Positions 1 through 10,373 of a stretch of DNA of 64,000 bases are shown here, piece by piece. The notes beneath the pieces are model-generated. The model saw only the letters and a list, made by a program, of their open reading frames with translations, was not told the DNA's origin and ran no database searches. This stretch comes from Candidatus Limnocylindrales bacterium (lineage in GTDB: Bacteria; Chloroflexota; Limnocylindria; Limnocylindrales; CSP1-4): the NCBI GenBank assembly GCA_035693145.1, contig DASSHA010000161.1, positions 12,310 through 76,309 of the forward strand. Direction: 5' to 3'. A program made the position numbers and the translations under genes. Position 1 is the stretch's first letter; each line of letters opens with the position of its first letter.

Positions 1-688
1 CGCAGTGTGCGCAGACGAGCCCGCCGCGTCCGGCCGCGGGGACCGGTCGCTCGATCGCGGTGATCCCGACCGCGTGCTGATTGGCGAGGATGTTCGTCAG
101 CAGCCCGCCGAGCAGCCGCTGGCCGAGGCGATCCGTGTCCCCGCGGACGCCCTTGCCGCCCCAGCCGACGACCGCCCGGACGATCATGTCGCCGGTCGCC
201 TCGTCCCAGTGGGACGCGACGCCGCCGACGATGGCGTTGTACTCGGGATAGCCGGACGTGTCGACCTCCCCGTCGAGCATCGCCGAGCAGAACGTGTCGA
301 ACGCGAGGTCGATCGCGTCGATGCTCTCGAGGACGACGAGCGCATGCCGGGTGATCGGCGAGTGGATGTGATGGGCGTTCAGCCACTGCATCGCCTCGGA
401 TGGGTGGCTGATGACCGGCGTCGCCTGGCTGAACTCGATCGGCAGCGGCTCGACCACCTCGATGTCGCTCTTCGCGAGCCCGGCGAGCATCGACGGCAGC
501 TCCGACATCGCGCGCGGGCCGGCCTTCATCCGGACGCCCTCGCTGCTCTTGCCGGCGTAGTAGAGCTTGAGCTGGTACTCCTGCGCGACGATCTCCTCGG
601 GCAGGCTGACCGATGGCACGGGCATCGGCGGCGGCGCGGCCTCGACGGGCTCGGTCCCCTGGCGGCGCTTGAGGAAGTCGAGTGGCAC
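1..688 (-). CDS. hypothetical protein, 5' part only (gene continues past the left edge)
   Basis: Absent from the ORF track because it has no stop in the window. The reverse frame reads VPLDFLKRRQGTEPVEAAPPPMPVPSVSLPEEIVAQEYQLKLYYAGKSSEG...GITAIERPVPAAGRGGLVCAHC with no stops and GC-rich third positions. GGAG lies 7 nt upstream of GTG 688; ATG 625 is an alternative start. The listed + ORF 5..865 is its Arg/Asp-rich antisense shadow. Family not recognised. Confidence 0.5.
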   Translation of the reverse strand, partial: MPLDFLKRRQGTEPVEAAPPPMPVPSVSLPEEIVAQEYQLKLYYAGKSSEGVRMKAGPRAMSELPSMLAGLAKSDIEVVEPLPIEFSQATPVISHPSEAMQWLNAHHIHSPITRHALVVLESIDAIDLAFDTFCSAMLDGEVDTSGYPEYNAIVGGVASHWDEATGDMIVRAVVGWGGKGVRGDTDRLGQRLLGGLLTNILANQHAVGITAIERPVPAAGRGGLVCAHC

Positions 689-834
689 CCGGTTTCTCCA
701 CGGACCGCGGCGATCGCGCCCCACCACGGAGCCGTGGGCGATCGACGACGGAACGGCCGCCATCGTATCAGCGCCGATCGGGCCTCCGTCAGCGTACGTT
801 CGGGGGAGGCTCGGGAGGGCGAAACCGCCGCGGG

Positions 835-2445
<1,611 letters not shown>

Positions 2446-2476
2446 GCGTGACCTCCTGCTGGAATGGGTCTGAACG

Positions 2477-2506
2477 TTGACACCCACGCGCACCCGACCC
2501 TAGTCT
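2477..2506 (+). promoter_or_regulatory. candidate sigma70-type promoter, TTGACA-N18-TAGTCT, for the sugar ABC operon
   Basis: -35 TTGACA at 2477-2482 and -10 TAGTCT at 2501-2506 with an 18-nt spacer, inside the divergent spacer between the alpha-glucosidase and SBP genes. It would give a leader of about 230 nt. Confidence 0.45.
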
Positions 2507-2534
2507 CATTCCCAATCACGGCGCTTGGCCTCGT

Positions 2535-2562
2535 CCATCGGCGCGCTCGTTCGCGCCGATGG
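2535..2562. promoter_or_regulatory. perfect 11-bp inverted repeat (CCATCGGCGCG-N6-CGCGCCGATGG) in the sugar-operon leader
   Basis: Read directly from the sequence: arms at 2535-2545 and 2552-2562, with a 6-nt centre. No U-tract on either strand, so it looks more like an operator or RNA stem than a terminator. Confidence 0.4.
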
Positions 2563-2740
2563 CACCGCGTCCACCGCCTCGTGCCGGCGGGGTGGAGCGG
2601 CAGTCGGGCAATCGTCGCAGAACGCGAGCTCACTGGGGTTCGGAGAGGAGCCGACCCGGAACCGCCAAGCGATCGCTGATTACGCGTGACAGCGTCGACC
2701 ATGATGGCGAGCTGCCGCGAAACGAATTTGGAGGTGGCCG

Positions 2741-4117
2741 ATGGCCAGAACCCGTCGGGTTCTTTCGCTCATCGCCGGAACGGCACTCTTCGTGACCGCG
2801 TGTTCCGGCGGATCCAGTCCTTCGCCGTCGAGCGGCGCGAGCCAACCGGCGACGAGCAGCGGCGCGTCCGCGCCCGCGTCCGCGCCCGCATCTGCCGCGA
2901 GCTCGCTCCCGGCCGGGACGACGATCACGGTGACGTCCCTGTGGGGCGGCGCCGAGCAGGAGGCGTTCCAGAAGGTCCTCGACGCGTTCAAGGACGCGAC
3001 CGGGGTCACGGCGACCTACCAGGCCCAGCGGACCGACTACGCGACGGTCCTCCAGAGCAAGATCACCGGCGGCAACCCGCCGGACGTCGCGATCATGCCG
3101 GGCCTCGGCTTCCTGCGTCAGTTCGCCCGCTCGGGCGGCATCAAGAAGATCAGTGACCTCGGGATCGACCCGGCGAGCCTCGAAGGCAACTACCCGCCCG
3201 GCATCCTCGACCCGGGCAAGGTCGACGACGACCTGTACGGGCTCATGGTCAAGTTCAACAGCAAGAGCACGTTCTGGTACAGCCCCACGAAGTTTCAGGA
3301 CGCCGGCGTGACCGTGCCGAAGACCTGGGATGACCTCAAGACCGCGCTCGACACCCTCAAGTCCAAGGAAGGCGGTCCGCCGCTCGCGCTGGGCGCGAAG
3401 GACAGCTGGACCGTCGGTGACATGTTCGAGGAGATCTACCTCCGCCAGAACGGCGCCGACGCGTACAACAAGCTCTTCAGCCCGGACGGTGACTGGACGG
3501 ACCCGACCGTCGCGACCGCGATCGGCTCGCTGAAGGAAGTTCTCAACGACAACTACGTCACCGGTGGGATCAAGGCTGCCCTCGGCACGGCCTTCACCGA
3601 CGCCATCGGGCAGACCTTCGGCACGAACCCCAAGTCGTCGCTCTACTACGAGGGCGGGTTCGTCGGCGGCATCGCGACCGGGCAGGTGAACAAGAACCTG
3701 AAGCTCGGGACGGACATCGACTGGTTCCCGTTCCCGACGTTCGCGAACGGCCAGGGCGACACGGCAGCGGAGATCGGCGGCGACGAGATCGCGGCTCTGA
3801 CCGACAAGCCGGGCGTCAAGGAGTTCATCCTGTACATGACGACCGCGGATGCCGGGAACGTCTGGGCCAAGCAGGGCACGATCATCTCGCCGGTCAAGGC
3901 GGTCGATCCCAGCAACTACCCGAATGACCTGGCGAAGAAGGAAGCGGCTCAAATCGCCAATGCCTCTGCCGTCGTGTACGACGGGCAGGACACGCTGCCC
4001 GCAGCCGCTCCGGACATGGGCGCGATGCTCCAGGAAGTGATCCAGGGGAAGGACGTCACGTCGCTCCTGAAGACCTTCAACGACGGAGTCAAGAGCGCCT
4101 GGGCCGGAGAGCAGTAG
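2741..4117 (+). CDS. carbohydrate ABC transporter substrate-binding lipoprotein (family 1 SBP)
   Basis: Lipoprotein signal MARTRRVLSLIAGTALFVTAC-SGG followed by a Ser/Ala/Pro linker and a sugar-SBP-like body. GGAGG lies 7 nt upstream of the ATG. Confidence 0.9.
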   Translation: MARTRRVLSLIAGTALFVTACSGGSSPSPSSGASQPATSSGASAPASAPASAASSLPAGTTITVTSLWGGAEQEAFQKVLDAFKDATGVTATYQAQRTDYATVLQSKITGGNPPDVAIMPGLGFLRQFARSGGIKKISDLGIDPASLEGNYPPGILDPGKVDDDLYGLMVKFNSKSTFWYSPTKFQDAGVTVPKTWDDLKTALDTLKSKEGGPPLALGAKDSWTVGDMFEEIYLRQNGADAYNKLFSPDGDWTDPTVATAIGSLKEVLNDNYVTGGIKAALGTAFTDAIGQTFGTNPKSSLYYEGGFVGGIATGQVNKNLKLGTDIDWFPFPTFANGQGDTAAEIGGDEIAALTDKPGVKEFILYMTTADAGNVWAKQGTIISPVKAVDPSNYPNDLAKKEAAQIANASAVVYDGQDTLPAAAPDMGAMLQEVIQGKDVTSLLKTFNDGVKSAWAGEQ

Positions 4118-4191
4118 ACACGGCCGCCTAGCAAGCCGAGGCGCGGACGGGGCGACCCGTCCGCGCCTCGCATTTCGCGGAGGAATCGATC

Positions 4192-5139
4192 GTGGCGATC
4201 ACTCCTCAACCGATCGAGCTGACGCCTGCCGGTCAGTCGCGAACCGCGGGTGGTGGCGGAAAGCTGCACGTCGAGCGGGACAGTCCGTTCACGCTCGCGA
4301 TCTTCCTGGGCCCCGCCTTCATCCTGCTCCTCGTCTTCCTCATCTACCCGGTCCTCTACACGCTGCGCCTCAGCCTCGACCGGGGCCTCGGCGGGAACTT
4401 CACCCGGTTGGTCGGGCTCGACAACTACGTCAGCCTGCTGAACCAGCCATCGTTCGTCCAGGCGATCGTCAACAACGTCCTCTGGATCGTCTTCTATACG
4501 GGCTTCGTCATCTTCCTCGGGCTGATCATCGCGGTCGTCGCGATGCGTGTCAGGTACGAGGCGATCATCAAGGCGATCGTGTTCATCCCGATGGCGATCG
4601 CCGCGACGGCCCTCGCCGTCATCTGGGGCTTCGTCTACTCGACGGACCCGAACATCGGGCTGCTGAACGCGCTCCTCGGTGCGGTCAACATCGGTCCGAT
4701 CTCGTGGCTCGGCGACACGACGTTCGTGAACTGGGCCCTCATCGCGGTCGGCATCTGGGGCTCGACCGGGTTCGCCACGGTCATCCTGTCGGCCGCCCTC
4801 AAGAGCATTCCGGCGGAGATCCTCGAAGCGGCGCGGACCGACGGAGCGAACGAGCTCCAGATCTTCTGGCGGATCCTCGTCCCGATGGTCAGCCTGCCGA
4901 TCTCCGTCCTCGCCGTCACGCTCATCGTGAACGTCATCAAGCTCTTCGACATCCCGTACGTCATGACCCATGGCGGCCCGGGGACGTCGAGCCGGGTGAT
5001 CGCGTTCGAGATGTACATCCAGGGCTTCCAGTCCGGCCAGTTCGGTCGAGCCGCAGCGGTCGCCGTCGTCATGCTCCTGATCCTGATCCCGGTCATGGTC
5101 TTCAACATCAGACGATTCCGAAGCTCGGCGGTGGTCTAG
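4192..5139 (+). CDS. carbohydrate ABC transporter permease (MalF/UgpA type)
   Basis: Multi-TM protein with EAA-type loop LEAARTDGANELQIFWRILVP. The GTG start is preceded by GGAGGA. Confidence 0.9.
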   Translation: MAITPQPIELTPAGQSRTAGGGGKLHVERDSPFTLAIFLGPAFILLLVFLIYPVLYTLRLSLDRGLGGNFTRLVGLDNYVSLLNQPSFVQAIVNNVLWIVFYTGFVIFLGLIIAVVAMRVRYEAIIKAIVFIPMAIAATALAVIWGFVYSTDPNIGLLNALLGAVNIGPISWLGDTTFVNWALIAVGIWGSTGFATVILSAALKSIPAEILEAARTDGANELQIFWRILVPMVSLPISVLAVTLIVNVIKLFDIPYVMTHGGPGTSSRVIAFEMYIQGFQSGQFGRAAAVAVVMLLILIPVMVFNIRRFRSSAVV

Positions 5140-6036
5140 ATGAGCACGGACGCGATCGCCACCCAGGCGGCACCTCGCGCCAGCGAGGACACGCTCAGCG
5201 CCCGGATCGTCCGCGGCCTCAACCGGACGCCGATCCACATCGCGATGGTGATCGTCGGGGTGATCTGGCTGGCTCCCACGATCGGCCTGCTCATCACCTC
5301 GTTCCGGCCACGGACGGACATCCAGGCGACCGGCTGGTGGGAGACGCTCTCGACCCTCCGCTTCACGCTCGACAACTACGCCCAGGTCATCGGCGCGCAG
5401 AGCATGGGCCGGGCCTTCCTGAACAGCGTCATCATCTCCGTCCCGTCGACGCTCCTGCCGCTGGCCGTCTGCTCGCTCGCGGCCTACGCGTTCGCGTGGC
5501 TCCGCTTCCGGTTCCGGGACACGCTCTTCCTCATCGTCGTCGCGCTGATGATGGTCCCGGTCCAGCTCGGCTTCATCCCGCTGCTCCAGCTGTTCAAGCC
5601 GTTCGGGCTGACGCAGGGGTACGTGGCGGTCTGGCTCGCGCACACGGCGTTCGCGCTGCCATTCGGGATCTTCCTGCTCCGGAACTTCTTCATCACGCTC
5701 CCGCGTGACCTCATCGAGGCCGCCCGAATCGACGGCGCGTCGGTGCTCGGCATCTTCCGGACGATCGTCGTCCCGCTGTCGGTCCCGGCCATCGCGGCCT
5801 ACGGCATCTTCCAGTTCCTGTGGGTCTGGAACGACCTCCTGATGTCGCTGATCTTCGTCCAGACGAACGCGAACTACCCCATGACGATCCAGGTCACGAC
5901 GCTCCTGGGCACGTACGGCACGGAGTGGAACCTGCTCGCGGCCGCCGCGTTCCTCCTGATGGCCGTCCCGCTCGCGGTCTTCTTCAGCCTCCAGCGCTAC
6001 TTCGTCCAGGGCCTGCTCGCAGGCTCCGTCAAGTAG
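5140..6036 (+). CDS. carbohydrate ABC transporter permease (MalG/UgpE type)
   Basis: EAA-type loop IEAARIDGASVLGIFRTIVVP. The ATG directly follows the upstream TAG. Confidence 0.9.
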   Translation: MSTDAIATQAAPRASEDTLSARIVRGLNRTPIHIAMVIVGVIWLAPTIGLLITSFRPRTDIQATGWWETLSTLRFTLDNYAQVIGAQSMGRAFLNSVIISVPSTLLPLAVCSLAAYAFAWLRFRFRDTLFLIVVALMMVPVQLGFIPLLQLFKPFGLTQGYVAVWLAHTAFALPFGIFLLRNFFITLPRDLIEAARIDGASVLGIFRTIVVPLSVPAIAAYGIFQFLWVWNDLLMSLIFVQTNANYPMTIQVTTLLGTYGTEWNLLAAAAFLLMAVPLAVFFSLQRYFVQGLLAGSVK

Positions 6037-6046
6037 CGACGGGCCG

Positions 6047-6931
6047 GTGAGCGATCGTCGATCGCTCACCGTCGCGAGCTGGAACGTCCGCGCGGCGATC
6101 GGCCCCGGCGAGCCGTTCCCGCCGTCGTGGTGGCGGCGAGTCACGCGCGACCGTCTCGAAGCGATCGCCGCGTTCATCGTCGGGCTCGGCGCAGACGTCG
6201 TCGCGCTCCAGGAGGTCGCGCTCGGGAACGTCGACGGCGCGCCGTTCGACCAGCCCGCCGAGCTCGCCCGCCTGACCGACATGGATGTCGCATACGCCGC
6301 GCTCCACCACTACACGCTCGTCGAGCACGACAGTGGTCGCGCGGTCGGCGCCGTGCTCTGGGGCAACGCGCTCCTGTCGCGGCTGCCGGTCGTCGAGCGG
6401 GCCGCGCACGCGCTGCCCGTCCCGGCCGACGACGCGCTCGTCGAACCCCCCGGAACGCGCGATCCTCGGCCGGGATTCGACGGCGACCATCCGCTCTCCG
6501 GAATCCGCTATGCCGATGCCGGAATGGGGCCGCGCGAGGCTCGTTGCGTGCTCGACTGCACGGTGGACGCGCACGGGACCCCGGTTCGCATCCTGTCGAC
6601 CCACCTCGCATACGTCGGGCGCGAGCAGCGACGCGCCCAGGCGGAAGCGATCGTCGGAGTCGCGGCGGGCAGCGAACCGGTCGTCTTCGCGGGCGACCTG
6701 AACGCCGCGATCGACGATCCAGAGCTCGAGCCGCTCCGCGGCGCCTTCGTCGACGCGTTCGCCGCGACGGGCACGCCGCCCGCGAGTCCCGCCCGCGAGT
6801 CGTGCGGTCGCATGGCGATCGATCAGCTCTTCGTGCGCGGGCTCCGGCCGCTCGAATGCCGCGTCGTCCGGGAGTCGGGCGACCGCTCCGATCACTGGCC
6901 GGTCCGCGCCGAACTCGCCCTGGCGGGCTGA
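6047..6931 (+). CDS. endonuclease/exonuclease/phosphatase (EEP) family protein
   Basis: Carries TVASWNVR...ADVVALQEV near the N-terminus, STHL and FAGDLN in the middle, and SDHWPV at the C-terminus. Confidence 0.8.
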   Translation: MSDRRSLTVASWNVRAAIGPGEPFPPSWWRRVTRDRLEAIAAFIVGLGADVVALQEVALGNVDGAPFDQPAELARLTDMDVAYAALHHYTLVEHDSGRAVGAVLWGNALLSRLPVVERAAHALPVPADDALVEPPGTRDPRPGFDGDHPLSGIRYADAGMGPREARCVLDCTVDAHGTPVRILSTHLAYVGREQRRAQAEAIVGVAAGSEPVVFAGDLNAAIDDPELEPLRGAFVDAFAATGTPPASPARESCGRMAIDQLFVRGLRPLECRVVRESGDRSDHWPVRAELALAG

Positions 6932-6971
6932 TCGCGGACTGCCCACCCCGGTCCCGACACCGGCGCGACGG

Positions 6972-9710
6972 TCAGCCCTCGAGTCGGTCCCGGATTCGGG
7001 CGACCTGGTCCGCGAGCTCGGCCTCCCGGGCCCGTGCCCCGGCCACGATGGGCTCCGGGGCCTTCGAGACGAACGCGTCGTTCGCGAGGCGTGCCCGGGC
7101 GGTCGCGAGCAGCCGTTCGGCTTCGGCAAGCTCACGCTCCAGCCGCGTCCGTTCGACCCGCGCCGTCCCGCCGTCGAGCGTTGGCGCGGAGACGACGGCC
7201 TCGATCGGTCCCGCGAGCACGGTGAGCGAGCCAGGGGCGCGTGCAGCGCCGAGGGCCTCGCGGGTGAGCCGGCGTTCGAGCGGCCGCGCGCGGGCGAGGC
7301 GTTCGACGGCGGGTCGGAGCGCTTCGAACGTCGGGCCGAGCCCGACAGGCAGCGCGACGTCGACGCGCAGCTGGACGCGCGGGTCGAACCCCGCCTCGGT
7401 CCGGGCATTCCGGATCCCGCGGACGAGCCCGAGCACGGCCTCGACTTCGCGCTCCGCGGCGGCATCGCCCTCTCCGACGCCGGGCCACCGGGCGACGACG
7501 AGGAGCTCCGGGTCGCTCGCTGCGTGCGGCAGCGACGCCCAGATCGCCTCGGTCACGAAGGGCATGACCGGGTGGAGCAGCCGCAGGTACGTGTCGAGCG
7601 CCTCGACGAGCGTCCACCAGGTCGCGGCCTTCTCCGCGGGCGTCGCGTCGTCCGAGCCCAGCCTGACCTTCGCGAGCTCGAGCGCGGAATCGCAGTATTC
7701 GCTCCAGATCGCCTCGTACAGGATGCGCGTCAGCTCGCCGAACGCGAAGTCGGCGATCGCCCGATCAGCGGCCGCCGTCGTCGCGGCAACCCGGGACCGG
7801 AGCCAGCGCTCGGCGGGCCCGAGATCCGAGGCGAGCGGCGACTCGCGCCTCGCGTCGGCCGGGATCGACACCGGACGCGCGCCGCGAACGAACCGGGCGG
7901 CGTTCCAGAGCTTGTTCGCGAAGTTCCGGCCCTTCTCGATCTTCTCGCGGCTGAGCCGGAGGTCGTTGCCGGCGGTCGTTCCGTCGATCACCGCGAAGCG
8001 GAGCGCGTCGGCGCCGAACTCATCGATCGTCTCGAGCGGATCGACCGAGTTCCCCTTCGTCTTCGACATCTTGCGGCCGAGCGGATCCCGGATGAGGCCG
8101 GACAGGTAGACGGTCCGGAACGGCTCGCGGTCCGTGAGCTGGAGACCGAGCATCATCATCCGGGCGACCCAGAAGAAGAGGATGTCGTAGCCGGTCTCCA
8201 TGACCGACGTCGGGTAGTAGCGCCGCAGGTCCTCGGTGTCGGCAGGCCAGCCGAGCGTCGAGAACGGCCACAGCCCCGAGCTGAACCAGGTGTCGAAGAT
8301 GTCCGTGTCCTGGACCAGCTCGGTCGCCGGGCGGCCGCACGCCTCGCAGGCGGTGGGCCCGTCGGCCGCTGCGGTCACCGTCACATGGCCGTCGGGGCAG
8401 TACCAGGCCGGGATCCGGTGGCCCCACCACAGCTGGCGACTGACGTTCCAGTCGTGGATGTTCGTCAGCCAGTGCTCCCATTCCTTCTCGAATCGGCCGG
8501 GGATGATCCGCGTCCGGCCGCTCCTCGTCGCGTCGAGCGCCCGCTCCGCCAGGGGTCCGACGCGGATGAACCACTGCGTCTTGAGCCGCGGCTCGACGAC
8601 GTCGTTGCTCCGGTCGCAGCGGCCCACGAGCATCTCGTGCGGGACCGCCGACACGAGATCGCCGCGCGTCTCGAGGGCGTCGAGGATGGCGCGCCGAGCG
8701 TCGTAGCGGTCGAGCCCGGCGAAGCCGTCTCCTGCTGCGTTGATCGTCGCGTCGTCGTCGAGGACATTGACGAAGGCCAGCCCGTGTCGTCGGCCGGTCG
8801 CGTAATCGTCGGCGTCGTGGGCCGGTGTGATCTTGACGGCACCGGTGCCGAAGGCCGGATCGACGACCGCGTCGGCGATGATCTCGACGTCGCGCTCGAC
8901 GAACGGGATCCGGACCCGCCGGCCGACGAGCCCGCGGTACCGGGCATCGTCCGGATGGACGGCAACCGCGGTGTCGCCGAGGATGGTCTCGGGCCGGGTC
9001 GTCGCGACGTCGATCCACTCGCCCTCCAGCGGCTCGCCCGTCTCCTCGTCGAGCAGGTGGTACCGGATCGTCCACAGGTTCCCGACCTCTGGCGTCGGGA
9101 TGACTTCGAGATCCGAGACGCTCGTCCGGCAGCCGGGGCACCAGTGGATGAGCGCCTCGGTCCGGTAGGCGAGGCCGGCTCGATACAGGCGAGTGAACGC
9201 CTCGCGGACGGCGACCGCGGAGCCCTCGTCCATCGTGAACCGCAGCCGGCTCCAGTCGAGCGACGCGCCCACCCGGCGCTGCTGGCCGAGCATGATCGGT
9301 CGAGTCTGATCGACGAACTCGCGCATCCGTTCGAGGTACCGCTCGCGACCGAGCGTCGCGCGGCTCTCGCCTTCCCCGGCCAGGATGCGATCGAGGACGA
9401 ACTGGGCCGCGATCGACGCATGGTCGAGGCCCGGCAGGAAGAGCGTCGGCCGACCGAGCATGCGCGCATGCCGGACGACGAGGTCCTCCACCGAGCTGCG
9501 CTGCGCATGCCCGAGATGGAGCGACCCGGTGATGTTCGGCGGCGGCTGGATGACCACGAACGGCGGCAGCTCCGGGTCCGCCGTGGAGCCGGTGCCGTCG
9601 GGCGCGAAAACGTCGGCGGTGACCCACCGCTCGTAGATCGCGCCCTCGAAATCCGCCGGCCGGTAGGTCTTGGGCAGCTCACCCGGGGTCGTCTCGGTCG
9701 TTCCTGTCAT
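6972..9710 (-). CDS. valS: valine--tRNA ligase
   Basis: HIGH motif PNITGSLHLGHA, KMSKS motif KMSKTKGN, and a C-terminal coiled-coil tail. ATG 9710 (MTGTTETTPGELPKTYRP) has an AGGGATGGGA SD-like element. GTG 9734 is the alternative start. Confidence 0.95.
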   Translation of the reverse strand: MTGTTETTPGELPKTYRPADFEGAIYERWVTADVFAPDGTGSTADPELPPFVVIQPPPNITGSLHLGHAQRSSVEDLVVRHARMLGRPTLFLPGLDHASIAAQFVLDRILAGEGESRATLGRERYLERMREFVDQTRPIMLGQQRRVGASLDWSRLRFTMDEGSAVAVREAFTRLYRAGLAYRTEALIHWCPGCRTSVSDLEVIPTPEVGNLWTIRYHLLDEETGEPLEGEWIDVATTRPETILGDTAVAVHPDDARYRGLVGRRVRIPFVERDVEIIADAVVDPAFGTGAVKITPAHDADDYATGRRHGLAFVNVLDDDATINAAGDGFAGLDRYDARRAILDALETRGDLVSAVPHEMLVGRCDRSNDVVEPRLKTQWFIRVGPLAERALDATRSGRTRIIPGRFEKEWEHWLTNIHDWNVSRQLWWGHRIPAWYCPDGHVTVTAAADGPTACEACGRPATELVQDTDIFDTWFSSGLWPFSTLGWPADTEDLRRYYPTSVMETGYDILFFWVARMMMLGLQLTDREPFRTVYLSGLIRDPLGRKMSKTKGNSVDPLETIDEFGADALRFAVIDGTTAGNDLRLSREKIEKGRNFANKLWNAARFVRGARPVSIPADARRESPLASDLGPAERWLRSRVAATTAAADRAIADFAFGELTRILYEAIWSEYCDSALELAKVRLGSDDATPAEKAATWWTLVEALDTYLRLLHPVMPFVTEAIWASLPHAASDPELLVVARWPGVGEGDAAAEREVEAVLGLVRGIRNARTEAGFDPRVQLRVDVALPVGLGPTFEALRPAVERLARARPLERRLTREALGAARAPGSLTVLAGPIEAVVSAPTLDGGTARVERTRLERELAEAERLLATARARLANDAFVSKAPEPIVAGARAREAELADQVARIRDRLEG

Positions 9711-9950
9711 CGGCTGCGTCCCATCCCTGAACACGACGAAAGGCCCGCACGCCCGGCGTCAAGCGTCGCGTGGCGTGGCGTGGCCGCGGCAGTCGAGCGT
9801 CCCCCTCCGCGCCGATGCCGTTCACAGCATATCGGCGCAGACCCGGGACCTCGTGCCTGCCGAAGCCTCACGTGCATGCGCGGCGGCACGACGGCGGCAC
9901 GACCGCGGCTCGGGACACCGCCGAACGCGCCCGGGCGCGGCGTCGTCGGC

Positions 9951-10373
9951 CTACCGATCGCCCTCCTGCTGGCCACGCCACTCGGCGTTCGCCGAGCCGA
10001 GCCAGGACGTCGCCCCGAGCACGATCGGCATGACCGCCGCGAGGAAAAGCCAGGGTCCGAAGGCGAGACCCAGCGCGACGAGCGCGAGGCCTGCCGCGAA
10101 GACGATCGGCGCGAACGTCGGGTTCGGGATCGGACCGCTCTCGTCGCCGAAGGGGCCGTCCGCTCCGTCGCCCGGATCGGCCTCGCGGCGACGCGCGACC
10201 TGGCCGGCGGCAGCGCGTCCGAGGAAGAGCGCCATGACGGCCGACGCGAGCCCGAACCCGAAGAGCAGGACCGATCCCGCCCATTCGTAGCTCACGAACC
10301 AGTAGACGACCGCGATCACCAACGCGAAGACCGCCGACCGGCCGAAGAAGCGGGCCTCCTCGGGAAAGCGCAT
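9951..10373 (-). CDS. ctaF: cytochrome c oxidase subunit IV-like small membrane protein
   Basis: 140 aa with about 4 TM segments. It follows ctaD directly with a 1-nt TGATG stop/start overlap. The call rests on position and topology only. Confidence 0.65.
   Translation of the reverse strand: MRFPEEARFFGRSAVFALVIAVVYWFVSYEWAGSVLLFGFGLASAVMALFLGRAAAGQVARRREADPGDGADGPFGDESGPIPNPTFAPIVFAAGLALVALGLAFGPWLFLAAVMPIVLGATSWLGSANAEWRGQQEGDR

Noticed and set aside
3949-6282. Very long ORFs antisense to or overlapping recognisable genes. Examples: 3949..6282 (-, 777 aa), 7524..10727 (+, 1067 aa), 28580..30100 (-), 48189..49892 (+), 53735..55375 (-) and 59481..61931 (+).
   Set aside because: They are Arg/Asp/Pro/Gly-rich and low in complexity, with no motifs. 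Each lies opposite or out of frame to a gene that has clear family motifs, an SD and GC-rich third positions. These are typical shadow ORFs of a roughly 70% GC genome.
9735-9950. Possible T-box or other leader riboswitch upstream of valS.
   Set aside because: No T-box core (AGGGUGGNACCGCG-like) or specifier architecture is visible on the reverse strand. Only a simple hairpin (GCGCCGAT...ATCGGCGC, 9809-9838) is present.
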